In this document: positions 1 to 10,783 of the stretch, one piece after another
Layout: each line of letters opens with the position of its first letter
Position numbering within the stretch: the stretch's first letter is position 1
Assembly: GCF_006345805.1 (NCBI RefSeq)
Contig: NW_021823908.1
Span: 1-20,801, forward strand
Length of the DNA: 20,801 bases
Reading direction: 5' to 3'
Source: Octopus sinensis
Taxonomy: Eukaryota
Translations under genes and position numbers: made by a program
Notes under the pieces: generated by a model
Seen by the model: the letters and a program-made list of their open reading frames with translations, nothing else
Databases searched by the model: none
What the model was told of the DNA's origin: nothing

Positions 1-92
1 TATCTATCTATCTATGTCTATATATCTCTATCTATGTATCTATCTATCTATCACTGTCTATCTATGACTATCTATCTCTATCTTTCCATATT

Positions 93-145
<53 letters not shown>

Positions 146-161
146 ATATTTCTATCTATCT

Positions 162-203
<42 letters not shown>

Positions 204-222
204 AATCTATCTATCAAACTAT
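1..222 (+). repeat. Degenerate (TCTA)n/(GATA)n microsatellite, paralogous to the LINE tail tract at 9706-9975
   Basis: Visible TCTA repeats with the same interruptions (tcactgtcta, tatgacta) as 9802-9975. Confidence 0.95.
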
Positions 223-827
223 CATGTGTCTGTCTAGCTATCTCTCTATCAATCATTGTCTGTATCTTTATCTTTCTATCTCTCTATCTATTACGTCTCT
301 CCATATATCGATATACATATATATATATAGACACACATATATACATTCATTTACATTTACTTATTTTCACACACACAAACCACACGCAGACACACACTTT
401 CACACACACATATACATAATATAAGGGAGAGGAAAATCAAATCATGGGACGCAACTTACAAGCATTGTACTACAATCCAGGCTCTGGTAAACCACATCGA
501 ATGGTCCGGCAAAACGGGAAAATCTTTATGGTAAACAATCATTGTCTTTCACTTAGTTCCAAAATTCCGAGTTCACTATTTCGGGTTTTATCCTGTGTAA
601 AAGACATTAAATAAGAATTAAATGTTACACATGAAGTAACTTACTTTTTAGCATATTTTATATACAATGCAATTTAGTTATTTTAAACCTGTGAACGACA
701 CGCCTTTCTGCTGCATGTATATTATAACATTAGCATCAGGTTACATCCTGCTGGTTGAAAACTGTACCACCAGTATGCAGTAATTATAACTTAGACTCAG
801 ATACTGATACCGGTGGAATGTAAAATA
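1..827 (+). repeat. Segmental duplicate of 9802-10586
   Basis: Near-identical unique sequence outside the microsatellite, up to ...ccggtggaatgtaaaata, after which the copies diverge (cggctg vs ttaata). Confidence 0.95.
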
Positions 828-1283
828 CGGCTGCATGCCATTGCTTCAATTTGAATAAACAGATGCAACCTACACACCGGCACAATAATCTGCTATGATA
901 CACATATACACACCCGCAACACACCATACTCACACATACACACACACACATTCATATATATATATACGCATAATTGTGTGCGTTGTGTTCTGCTACTTCA
1001 ATGAAAAATCTTTGGTAAATAAACAAATGACGCAATAATATATATATTGCGCAATATATATATACACATTCACTACCTCTTACGAGAGAGACTAACAGCA
1101 CTTTATTGGTAAGTTTACGATTTTCATTATATTATATCGGCCTTCTATTGGCCATTGTCCAGTCTCCTCAACAGCATTAAGGATGGGATAAAAGGGTCTC
1201 CACCGTTAAGACCTCATATGTTTGTGTCCCCAAATTACCTAAAATGTTTTTTATGCTTTTATTTTTACTTCAGTAATTTTCAG

Positions 1284-1493
1284 TTAACCCATTAGCATTG
1301 GCACTGGCCACGTCGGGCCCAAATATTCTTCCTGTTTCTGTGAAACTGAACAGATCAGCCTTTCACAACACCATGCAAAGTTATTCTAAAAGTAAGCAAT
1401 CACATAATCAAAATCTCAAAGCTAGAAGATAACGTATGTTTAATTTTAAACGATGTGAATAAATAAGTAATTCATCTGAATGTTGAAGGAGTA
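1284..1493. mobile_element. Degenerate piggyBac-like MITE (TTAA-CCC terminus)
   Basis: Left end ttaa-cccattagcatt; right end aatgttgaagga is a decayed inverted match; ~210 bp and non-coding. TTAA/CCC termini are established piggyBac features. Confidence 0.45.
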
Positions 1494-2015
1494 TCCCCTT
1501 CTAGCTGGTACAATAATGAAACAGCAATTCCATCTCAAATTACGTGGGGTATTTTTTAAGGACACTTTTCAGGTACGAGGGAGTGGTTAAGAATGTTAGT
1601 AGTACAAAAATCGGGTCGGTATTTTTCTTAGTATTTGACTTTTGTTAATTATTGTTTGAAGCCGAGAAGGGTCAAATGAGAGTAGAGACGGTTGAAAAGC
1701 AAAAATTTGAAGAAATTTGTGATGTGTGTTGGAGAGATTTAGGAGGCTGAGAGGAGGATGAAAAATCGATTGATCATAATACTTGGAATAAATTTGGGAT
1801 GCGTGTTATATATATTTATATTTCTGTAGGTATCTATATATATGCTGACTACTACTTAATGTTTTTAATACTGTGTAAAATGTAGGAGTTTATATGTATA
1901 TATATTGTGCGTATATGTGTGTGTGTTTTGCATGTATGTATGTAAGAGCTTGTATGTATATATTATGTATTTGTAAATGCAATTTTGGATATTTCATATG
2001 TATTGCATATGCTCA

Positions 2016-2170
<155 letters not shown>

Positions 2171-2289
2171 TACATACATATACGTATACATAGACACACA
2201 CACACATATTTGCTATTTGGAATGTGTTCACTTGTCGATTGTCAGGTTGACACTTGTTTTACATTACAGCTTTATTTATTTGGAATTAG

Positions 2290-2960
2290 GGAGTGCATGA
2301 ATGTCGGGCAGTATTTATGCTTACGATAAAAAATAACGTCAGAGAATTTAACAGTGAGGAGTTTGTGGAGGCGAAGAATAGTTAATAACCCTTTTATACA
2401 TAACCTACATTTACCTATATTTGTGTTGTAGAGGGGAGCTTCACATACTATGGACCACGATAGAGCGTGTTGGACATTGTTTTGAATTGAGGTTGTATAT
2501 GTGTGTTGCTAAAGATTGAAATAGTTGAGATTCGGGATTAGTGAAAGAATACATATGAGCACGACAACGACATTGAAAATCCTCAGTGCCTGGTGGGTGC
2601 ATGGGGTAATCACGTGGCACTTATAGATTACGCTTTTGAGGAGACAGGTGTCTGCATACCATATATTTCAGAAGCGCGACAGTTGCAAGTGGTTGGGGCT
2701 TACTAGTAGTAATGTTGATGTTGGTTGGTTTGTTGTTAGTGGGGAGAATCTAAATTAGGATTTATATTAGTATCGGATTGAGAGGTTGTAATGGAACTAA
2801 TATTTGTCGTCTCGTAGACAGGGTTGTAGAATGTTGGCTTAAGATTAGTATTATACAATTGAGGTGGCTTATTAATGTTTGTATTATTGTATTGTGAAGT
2901 TTAGCTTGGGTTTTGGGGAAAATTTTGGTTTTTATCCACACATAAAGCCTACCGGTGTTT
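2290..2960 (-). pseudogene. Penelope-like retroelement GIY-YIG endonuclease relic, copy 1
   Basis: Manual minus-strand translation across frameshifts gives TCNCR..CLLKSVIYKCHV..TEDFQCRCRAHMYSFTNP..LATHIYNL..WSIVCEAPLYNTNIGKCRLCIK, matching the Penelope EN layout (CNCR..CL..VIY..YIG.TE.F..R..H..SF..WSI..C.LC). Boundaries approximate. Confidence 0.8.
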
Positions 2961-3319
2961 TATAAAGACTTATGGAACCACGTGACCGCTGCTAGCTTTG
3001 TTGTTGTTGATGTGTATGTATTTTCAAAATGTTTTATTCTTCAACTTTGAGATGTATTGTTGATTTTTTTATTTTATCTTACTATAATCAGCAACAAACA
3101 CGTTCCGTCAATATTAAATTCTTTATTGGATAAAAAAAAAGACATTATCAAAACATGAAGTTAAAACAAAACAAATGTGATTTGTTTTCTTCCAGGCACC
3201 AATGCCCTGTAGCAATAGTCTTTCATCGACCGACCTTTCCTCCAAAAAAATCAGTGGAATCATTCGATCTCCATACACAAATTATTTTCCTCCTGGAACT
3301 ATAAAAAAAGTTACACACA

Positions 3320-3393
3320 TTAGGCGCACCTTTCTCTAAGCGGCACACTAAATTTCCCAGGTAAAAAATAGCGGCTTATACACCAAAACGGAA
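3320..3393 (-). mobile_element. Probable Tc1/mariner (Tc2/pogo-like) terminal inverted repeat remnant, copy 1
   Basis: Paralog of 15700-15779, where the terminus is better preserved; no partner end identified. Confidence 0.35.
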
Positions 3394-4238
3394 ATGTTTC
3401 TTTTTTTGTCATATTCATATCGACTTTTCCTCCTCCATAAACGTTACACAAACACTTGACTGCGCATGCCTAAATGTCTATATTAAAGCATTTTCTAAGC
3501 TAAATTCTCTTCCTGATCTACAGGCTCATTAGGCCCCCAGTATATCTCGGTATCGAACGTATTTCAACACACAAGGATACAACACACCGGATACCAGTCT
3601 GTCGCAATGTTAACCCCTGGTTAATGCTGGTGCTTTTCAGATGAGAGCACTGGAAGTGTCTTTCTCGTGGACACAACTTACCGAAACAATAATCCATACG
3701 CCTATGTGTGTGTGTGTGCGCGCTTATGTACATATCCGTGCGTATGTGGGTGTATTTTTGTATGCATGTACACACACACACACACAATCTTTTATTCTTT
3801 TATTCTTTTGCTTATTTAAAGGTGAATTTTAAAGTCGTTATGCCAATCACATAATCCCCTTCCGACATAGGCCAAAAGTAAAGCTCCGAAGTGGCTAAGT
3901 TTGGAAGAAAACGAAACACCACATGTGACTGGATGGGAAGTAATTGAGAATCCATAACTTATGTGAATGGATCGAATAAATATAAACATTGTTTAGCTGA
4001 AAGTTGCATATCCTGTTCAGATCTAAGATGCTTAATCCTCTATTGGACTCTAGGTCTGGAATTTTCAGTCGTTGTCAAGTATAAATATTTTTGAAGAACT
4101 GAAAATTCCGTCTATTCTTGATTAGATTTTTGATATTTTATTAGCCTCATAATTCAATGTCTAACAAGAGAACTCTTAAATGCTGTTTTTATTTCCCTTT
4201 TCAAATTTTCGTTTTTGTGCTTTCGCTTTCCGATTTCC

Positions 4239-5581
4239 GGAACACTGGGCATGCTGTGGAAGACATGCACTGGGGCTGCGGCACCTCCAAACATTCTGCG
4301 TAAATGGTGAACAGGTGTGGTCATCGTTTGTCAAACAGGCTTTTCCACATCTCATCTCCTTGAGTAAGCTGCAGTCGTGGGTCAAGAAGAGACCGAGGAA
4401 GGGTTACTGGCATCTGGAATGTTGCTAGGCACTCACTGTCCTCTACCAGGTGGGCAATGCGATCAGTAGAAAATCCACTCTGAAGTTCTATGGAGGGTTA
4501 GTGGAGGGAAAGTGCGATGAAGCACTTGGAGAGACGCTAGGCGTTGACAAAATTGAACTAACCAGTCTGTTGAGGAGGACTTTCAAGTGGGGACGATGGA
4601 TAACTTCTAGAAGTCCCTTGTTATGCAGTGCTGTCGGGGGGCACTGACGGTTCGAGATAAACTCTACAAGCACGGAAGTTCTGTCTGACCGACCTACCCG
4701 ACATGTGCGCAGAGCTATGAAATCATTCTGCACGCACTCGTCCAGTGTCCTTGCATGACTGACATGTGGAGTTATGTTGAACAGCTGTTATCACGTGTAC
4801 GGTGGTTCTATCTATCGGCCGAGTCCGTAGTGAAGATCGATCATCCACTCTCAATCAGTCCGGAATGTCAGGCAATTTACTTATGTCTAATAGCAGTAGC
4901 GAAAGAGGCTGTGTTGTGGACCAGGTTAAAAGGACTAAAGGCAGAGACTTTTCTCTACGGCCAATCACTCGTCAACTTTTTCAAATTTTCTTTGGAAAGA
5001 AGATGAGGGTGCAGAGTGAAGTGCTGCCTCCCAGTACATTTGCCAAAAGGTGGATGAATAGCGAAAATGGTACGTGTGAGTGGACTTACTCTAATAACAC
5101 GCTTTTGAGCTAGTGAATTTGAAAGAAAGGAGAGTGTTCTTCCCAGATGCTCTCGAAGCGTCGAGTGGTTCAGGATTGGGGTGGGGGTACCTGAGCCAAC
5201 TCCAGGGGATTACCTGCACCTATTACGAACTTTCATTGTTATATTCTTTTGTCGAATATCATTGTTATTCTTTTAACTGTGTACTCGTTGTCTCAGCGTT
5301 AAATCTCCACTGTCCATGTCTACTTTATCCTGTTTCTTTACTACCCACAAGGGGCTAAACACAGAAAAGACAAACAAGGACAGACAAACGGATTAAGTCG
5401 ATTATATCGATCACAGTGCGTAACTGGTACTTCTTTAATCGACCCCGAAAGGATGAAAGGCAAAGTCGACCTCGGGGGAAATTGAACTCCGAAGATAACG
5501 GCAGAAGAAATACCGCTTAGCATTTCGCCCGACGTACTAAAGATTCTGCCAGATCTCACCGCTATGCCGGCCCTATTGGCA

Positions 5582-5586
<5 letters not shown>
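4239..5586 (+). mobile_element. 5'-truncated, decayed Tx1/L1-clade LINE (subfamily B): ORF2 C-terminus and 3' UTR, interrupted by a SINE
   Basis: RHALGLRHLQ..GEQVWSSFVKQAFP..FYGGLVEGK..LHALVQCP..WSYVEQLLSRV is homologous to the 8206-9342 ORF; stops and frameshifts present; 3' end gccctattggcaaataa runs into (AAT)n. Confidence 0.88.
5331..5562 (-). mobile_element. tRNA-derived SINE with Meta-like central domain and LINE-like tail, copy 1
   Basis: Minus strand: A-box-like tggcagaatc, B-box-like gagttcaatttcc, central gcctttcatcctttcggggtcgat..gtaccag (MetaSINE-type domain, from recall), tail tctgtgtttagccccttgtgggtagtaaagaaaca. Confidence 0.85.

Positions 5587-5645
<59 letters not shown>
5581..5645. 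repeat. (AAT)n microsatellite
   Basis: Directly visible. Confidence 0.97.
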
Positions 5646-6159
5646 GTAAGGGTTGTTGAAGGATGTTGAACGAAGATGTAGCCCATCTTCTTGGTATAGG
5701 GGATGGGCTCCAGCAAATATTCTGCTCAATACCACAGATTTGCTTGTCAGTTGCTCGACGTTAACCAGTTGAGCATGTCCCTTAGTGGCTGATGATATGT
5801 GCATCTCTGATCACAAGCAGAAGTAGTGGGGGAGTATCATAGCCATGTGTTGAGAGGGATTCTTTGGGGTTTGAATAATTCACCTCTGGAAACATGGGTG
5901 TTTCGTTCAAAATCCGTAAACAACTCTTACTCAGGGACCTTTTGAGCAGGATGGGTTACTCGACCAGAAGAAAATTCTAACTGGTCCCCACCTAAAAGGT
6001 CATGTGCTTTTTATCTTGATATGAGATCATCATGTTTCGCATTTATGGTTGTGATGCATGTGCCTGGTGTACCCTTATCAGACGGGGAGTCATGATGGGT
6101 ATACTGGGCTTCGTATATTTTACCCTAGTGTCACTTTGATGGCATGCACTGCTCTCTCA
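5645..6159 (+). mobile_element. Non-coding interspersed element inserted within (AAT)n; absent from duplicate copy 2
   Basis: ~515 bp complex sequence flanked on both sides by (AAT)n; the paralogous site (17989-18215) has only microsatellite. Orientation inferred from the AAT tail. Confidence 0.75.
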
Positions 6160-6199
<40 letters not shown>

Positions 6200-6204
6200 T
6201 AATA

Positions 6205-6264
<60 letters not shown>

Positions 6265-6318
6265 TATTATTACTATTATTATTATTTTTATTATTATTAT
6301 TATAATTATTATTGTTAT
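6160..6318. repeat. (AAT)n-(ATT)n compound inverted microsatellite
   Basis: Switch from AAT to ATT near 6204. Confidence 0.95.
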
Positions 6319-6647
6319 TGGAAATTTATTCCGGCTAAATATTTCACTCACTTCTTCACAGTAAATTATATCATTAATGCAATCGTTAATGTGATATTCC
6401 CTCCAGTTTCATATTAAAGAAAGCTTAGGCGGGTTATGTATATATTACATCACACACAGACACACACACACACACACACACGAACAATCGTACACATCAA
6501 CTCTCCTCCTCTTCTTTCCCCTCTCTCCTTCTTCTATCACTCCCTCTACCCCCTCTCTCATTTTAACTCTTCCACTTCCACCGCCAATCATCATAAACTG
6601 CTGACTGAAATTTCAAATCGAATTATATAATTAAAATACAGATAACA

Positions 6648-6649
6648 TT

Positions 6650-6714
<65 letters not shown>

Positions 6715-6720
6715 TATATA
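6648..6720. repeat. (TA)n microsatellite
   Basis: Directly visible. Confidence 0.95.
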
Positions 6721-6721
6721 T

Positions 6722-7080
6722 GTCTTAGGATGTGGAATGTTCGTATCAGCTAACACGGACCACGTCATCATAATACTGTCCACGAAGTGTTGATAGGAGC
6801 AAAGCTTATCCAGGAGAAGTCGGTGGGCCTGCAAATCGGCAGATGGAGAGGCAGACCCATACCAACCGACAGTTTGTAGGGCGCTAAAGTGAAAGACAGG
6901 TTAAACTGTTTGGGGTCTGGTCTGCTGTAGACCCCGAGGTGGGACAACAACGGGTGGGAGGTGACGAACAGGATAGTCGATCTCACCCAGAAATTGGCAG
7001 AGAGGAAGCTGTTCGTGAAGGGTCGAGTCGAGGTGGCGAATGCGTACATCGCTTCCGTCAACTATGACTGCCTGAATATA
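6722..7080 (+). mobile_element. Tx1/L1-clade LINE fragment (subfamily C), RT C-terminal region, cut at a rearrangement junction
   Basis: Degenerate YADD region (SANTDHVIIILS), GAKL.QEKSVGLQIG.WRG, VKLFGVW, ERKLFVKGRVEVANAYIASV; continues in the paralog at 19253-20330. Confidence 0.85.
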
Positions 7081-7612
7081 ATAATCACATTGTATCAAAC
7101 GCCAGGATACAAGTGTTCGTCTGGTACGTTGATTTCTGTTAATTTTTATGTCTTGACAAAGGCTGCGCTGATGAGTGAAAAGTGGATTTTGTGCACTAAT
7201 TACGGAATCATATGATGTTCAGCTACGTCTGTTTCTGGAGGCTCGCTTTGAGAGTTGCATTCCCTCGCGTTTTGTACAATGTGGGCATTATAGTAGTTTA
7301 TACTTCAAGAGACCCTCCTAGCGTGAGGCATTTATGTATAAGTAATGCCCTTAATATATATAAATATATTCATAGGGAATAATTAATAAGTTATCCCTTC
7401 TGAGGTTTTTCACAATAACTACTTGATAAATCCTCGTAAAAATGTTATCCTATATTTCAATTATATATATTTATTAGTAGCCCCAAACTTACTTTGTTAT
7501 ATATATACACACACACACACAATCATATGTATATATATATATATATATTTTACATATATGTATATATCTATGTATATGTGAGCGTGTGTATGTATATGTG
7601 TATGTGTTTCAG

Positions 7613-7808
7613 TTTATCCACTATGACCGCTTGGGAAGAGGTTCCGGTTTTTTACGTCCCAGTAATTTGGCCGATCGGTATCTTGTTAAATTCCTTACAA
7701 CCACTTGAAACTTTTCACATTTTTACCACATCATTTTCAAAGCATTTACGTCTGATGCAGAATTGCCTGCCGCTGACGATAATTGCATTCATGTTTTTCA
7801 TTTTTCTG
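7613..7808 (+). other. Candidate exon (possibly pseudogenic) encoding two hydrophobic segments, GPCR TM1-TM2-like
   Basis: tttcag acceptor at 7612, CTG|gtaagt donor at 7808/7809, open frame LSTMTAWEEVPVFYVPVIWPIGILLNSL..LPLTIIAFMFFIFL ending on a codon boundary. Confidence 0.35.
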
Positions 7809-7849
7809 GTAAGTAATAAAAAAAAATCAAAAGTATAAAGTTGCGTAAC

Positions 7850-7990
7850 TGTAGGCAAATCAGCGGAAGGGATCGCGAGAATACGCAGCAGGCTTAACAA
7901 CAAATACTGGGGTCGATTTGTGCGACTAAAACACTTTAAGGCAGTGCCCCAGCATAGGCGCTGCCCAATGGATGACAAACGTAAGGAATT
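7850..7990 (+). mobile_element. Old, diverged 3' fragment of the CORE-like SINE family
   Basis: ctggggtcgatttgtgcgactaaa..aaggcagtgccccagcat resembles the reverse complement of 10950-11070. Confidence 0.6.
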
Positions 7991-8119
7991 GTTTACAGCC
8001 ATGGTTTAAATTCTACGCCATAAATTAGAATTGTCGGATCTCATCGAAGACAGCGAACGGGAATTGAAGCTCTATGGTTTGTGTTCCTGAAATTTTAAAG
8101 GATGCAACAATAGAAAATG

Positions 8120-8205
8120 ATCTATCTATCGATCAATCAATCGATCTTCTATCTATATCTCTATCTATCTATCTACCTATATATCTACATATCTATCTAT
8201 CTATC
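8120..8205 (+). repeat. (TCTA)n microsatellite abutting the LINE 5' truncation point
   Basis: Directly visible; LINE coding sequence (tggaacgag, WNE) begins immediately after. Confidence 0.92.
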
Positions 8206-9705
8206 TGGAACGAGATAACGAGTAGGGTGGTCACTCTCGCCCAGCAATGGGCCGAGAGGAAAGTGTCCCTAAAAGGTCGGGCGGAGGTGGCGAAAGCCTA
8301 CATCGCGTCCATCATCTACTACCGCCTGACCGTCGTACCTTGTCCCGACCCTACCATCACCAAACTAGAACGCATCCTCTTCCGCTTCTTGTGGAAAGGA
8401 TGCTTCCCGATGGTCAGGCGATCCATTTGCTGCCAACACCCGTTAAAAGAAGGGCTGGACATGCCGTGGTTGATGATGCGCAGACACGCGCTGAGACTGC
8501 CACATCTCCGGCTCTATGTTCACGACGGTGAGCAGGTGTGGTCACCGTTTGTGAGGCACGCATTCCCGCAACTCGTCTCCATGACCGAACAACAGTCGTG
8601 GGTCAAAAATAGGCAGAGGAAGGGCGAATGGCACCGCGAGTGTCGCGTTGCTCTCAAGCAACTCTGCCGTCCCAGGTCGACCTCGAGTGACTTCAACACA
8701 ACCAAAGAATTCTATAGGGCATTAGTGGAGGGGAGGTACGACGACGATCTCGTGGCAAACCTGGGCGTCGACGAGGAATACCTGACCCGCCTGTTTCAAA
8801 CGACTTTCGGCCCGGGACCTATGGACAACTTCTAGAGATCCCTGGCCTGGCGGTGCTACCGAGAAGCGCTACCCGTTCGGGATAAGCTCTATAGGCATGG
8901 CTCGAGAAACACGGGGCCGACCTGCCCGAGATGCGGGCAGAGCGACGAAACCGCTCTGCACGCAATCGTTCAGTGTCCAGCAATTTCCGACCAGTGGGCT
9001 TATGTCGAACGACTGCTGTCACGTGTGGGACGTGTCGGTTTATCAGCCGAGTCTATCGTTAATATCGTCACGCCTCCTTCCTTCAAACGGGAAGGAAGAG
9101 CTATTTTTATCATACTTGTGGCTATGGCGAAAGAATGTATCTGGTGGACGCACCCGAAAGGATTGGAGACAAACACTTTCCTCTCTGGTCAATCTCTCAT
9201 CAAATTCTTCAAGTATCACATGAAGAGGAAAGTGAGAGTAGAGAGGCAAATTTTGTCTAGCGAATGTTTTAAAAAAAGATGGGTGAATGTAGCAAGGATG
9301 GCACGTATGAATGACGAAGCCACCTTGACTATGATTCTATGAACCGTAAAAATTAATACAGAGAGTTGCTTATTTGCAAAAAAAAATAAAAGAAAGAAAT
9401 ATAACATGTGACTTCATTGACCGAGGTTACCGTGGTCTTTTCCGTAGCGTTTTCTTTACACTTCATATTGACATTTCTGTGATTACGATCCCTATTGATC
9501 AACTTTTTTTCCTCTCCCCTTTCCTTTTATTTTTTTCCCTCTCCCCCCTTTTTTAAAAAAATCCTCCCCTTTTTTGTCCTCTTTCTTTCCTTTTACGATC
9601 CCTTTTGATCGAAACCCAACCCCCTTTTTTTTACCCCCAAAAGAAAAGCTCTACCTTGTAATTTGTTCTATCTGTGTGCAGCCCTGTGTGGCTAATAAAG
9701 AAACA
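8206..9705 (+). mobile_element. Young 5'-truncated Tx1/L1-clade LINE (subfamily A): ORF2 C-terminus with zf-RVT CCHC finger and complete 3' UTR
   Basis: One frame from 8206 to 9342 with a single internal TAG (8833-8835): WAERKVSLKGRAEVAKAYIASIIYY..FLWKG..GLDMPWL..AWRCYREALPVRDKL..CPRCGQSDETALHAIVQCP..W. Pyrimidine-rich 3' UTR with AATAAA, then a (TCTA)n tail. Confidence 0.93.
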
Positions 9706-9923
9706 TATCTATCTATCTATCTATCTATGTCCATCTATCTCTATCTATCCTTCTATCTATCTATCTATGTATCTATTTATCTATCTATCTATCAATCAAT
9801 CTATCTATCTATCTATGTCTATATATCTCTATCTATCTATCTATCTATCACTGTCTATCTATGACTATCTATATCTATCTTTCCATCTTTCTATCTATCT
9901 ATCTATCTATCTATCTTTATATT

Positions 9924-9961
<38 letters not shown>

Positions 9962-9975
9962 AATCTATCTATCAA
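9706..9975 (+). repeat. (TCTA)n microsatellite, LINE tail or target tract
   Basis: Directly visible; begins right after aataaagaaaca. Confidence 0.95.
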
Positions 9976-10783
9976 ACTATCATGTGTCTGTCTAGCTATC
10001 TCTCTATCAATCATTGTCTGTATCTTTATCTTTCTATCTCTCTATCTATTACGTCTCTCCATATATCGATATACATATATATATACACACATATATACAT
10101 TCATTTACATTTACTTATTTTCACACACACAAACACACACGCAGACACACACTTTCACACACACATATACATAATATAAAGGGAGAGGAAAATCAAATCA
10201 TGGGACGCAACTTACAAGCATTGTACTACAATCCAGGCTCTGGTAAACCACATCGAATGGTCCGGCAAAACGGGAAAATCTTTATGGTAAACAATCATTG
10301 TCTTTCACTTAGTTCCAAAATTCCGAGTTCACTATTTCGGGTTTTATCCTGTGTAAAAGACATTAAAATAAGAATTAAATGTTACACATGAAGTAACTTA
10401 CTTTTTAGCATATTTTATATACAATGCAATTTAGTTATTTTAAACCTGTGAACGACACGCCTTTCTGCTGCATGTATATTATAAGCATTAGCATCAGGTT
10501 ACATCCTGCTGGTTGAAAACTGTACCACCAGTATGCAGTAATTATAACTTTAGACTCAGATACTGATACCGGTGGAATGTAAAATATTAATATCATCATT
10601 TAATATTATCATTAATATTCACTTCAGTTTTATATTAAAGAAACTTATAGGCATGGTTATGTATCTCATTGCATCACACACAGACACACACACACACACA
10701 CACGCACACAGACACACACACAGATACTGGAAGATAATTAGTTTTTTTTTCCAATTTCCTTTTTTATCTTTCACTTTTTGCAG

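Noticed and set aside
3196-3360. ttccag...ccag|gtaaaa bounded 165-nt candidate exon
   Set aside because: All three frames contain stops, and the 3' part overlaps a probable transposon terminus.
3638-3697. cagatga...gaaac hammerhead-like spacing
   Set aside because: The core is mutated (CAGATGA) in both copies and no convincing stems I-III could be formed.
7166-7240. CTGATGAgtGAAA on the plus strand and GAAACAGACGTA on the minus strand as further hammerheads
   Set aside because: The plus-strand motif has no stem II; the minus-strand motif lacks a recognisable CUGANGA box. At most a decayed relic.
8074-8835. 253-aa ORF as a standalone gene
   Set aside because: Its N-terminus is flank and microsatellite read-through fused to truncated LINE ORF2; it lacks EN and RT domains.
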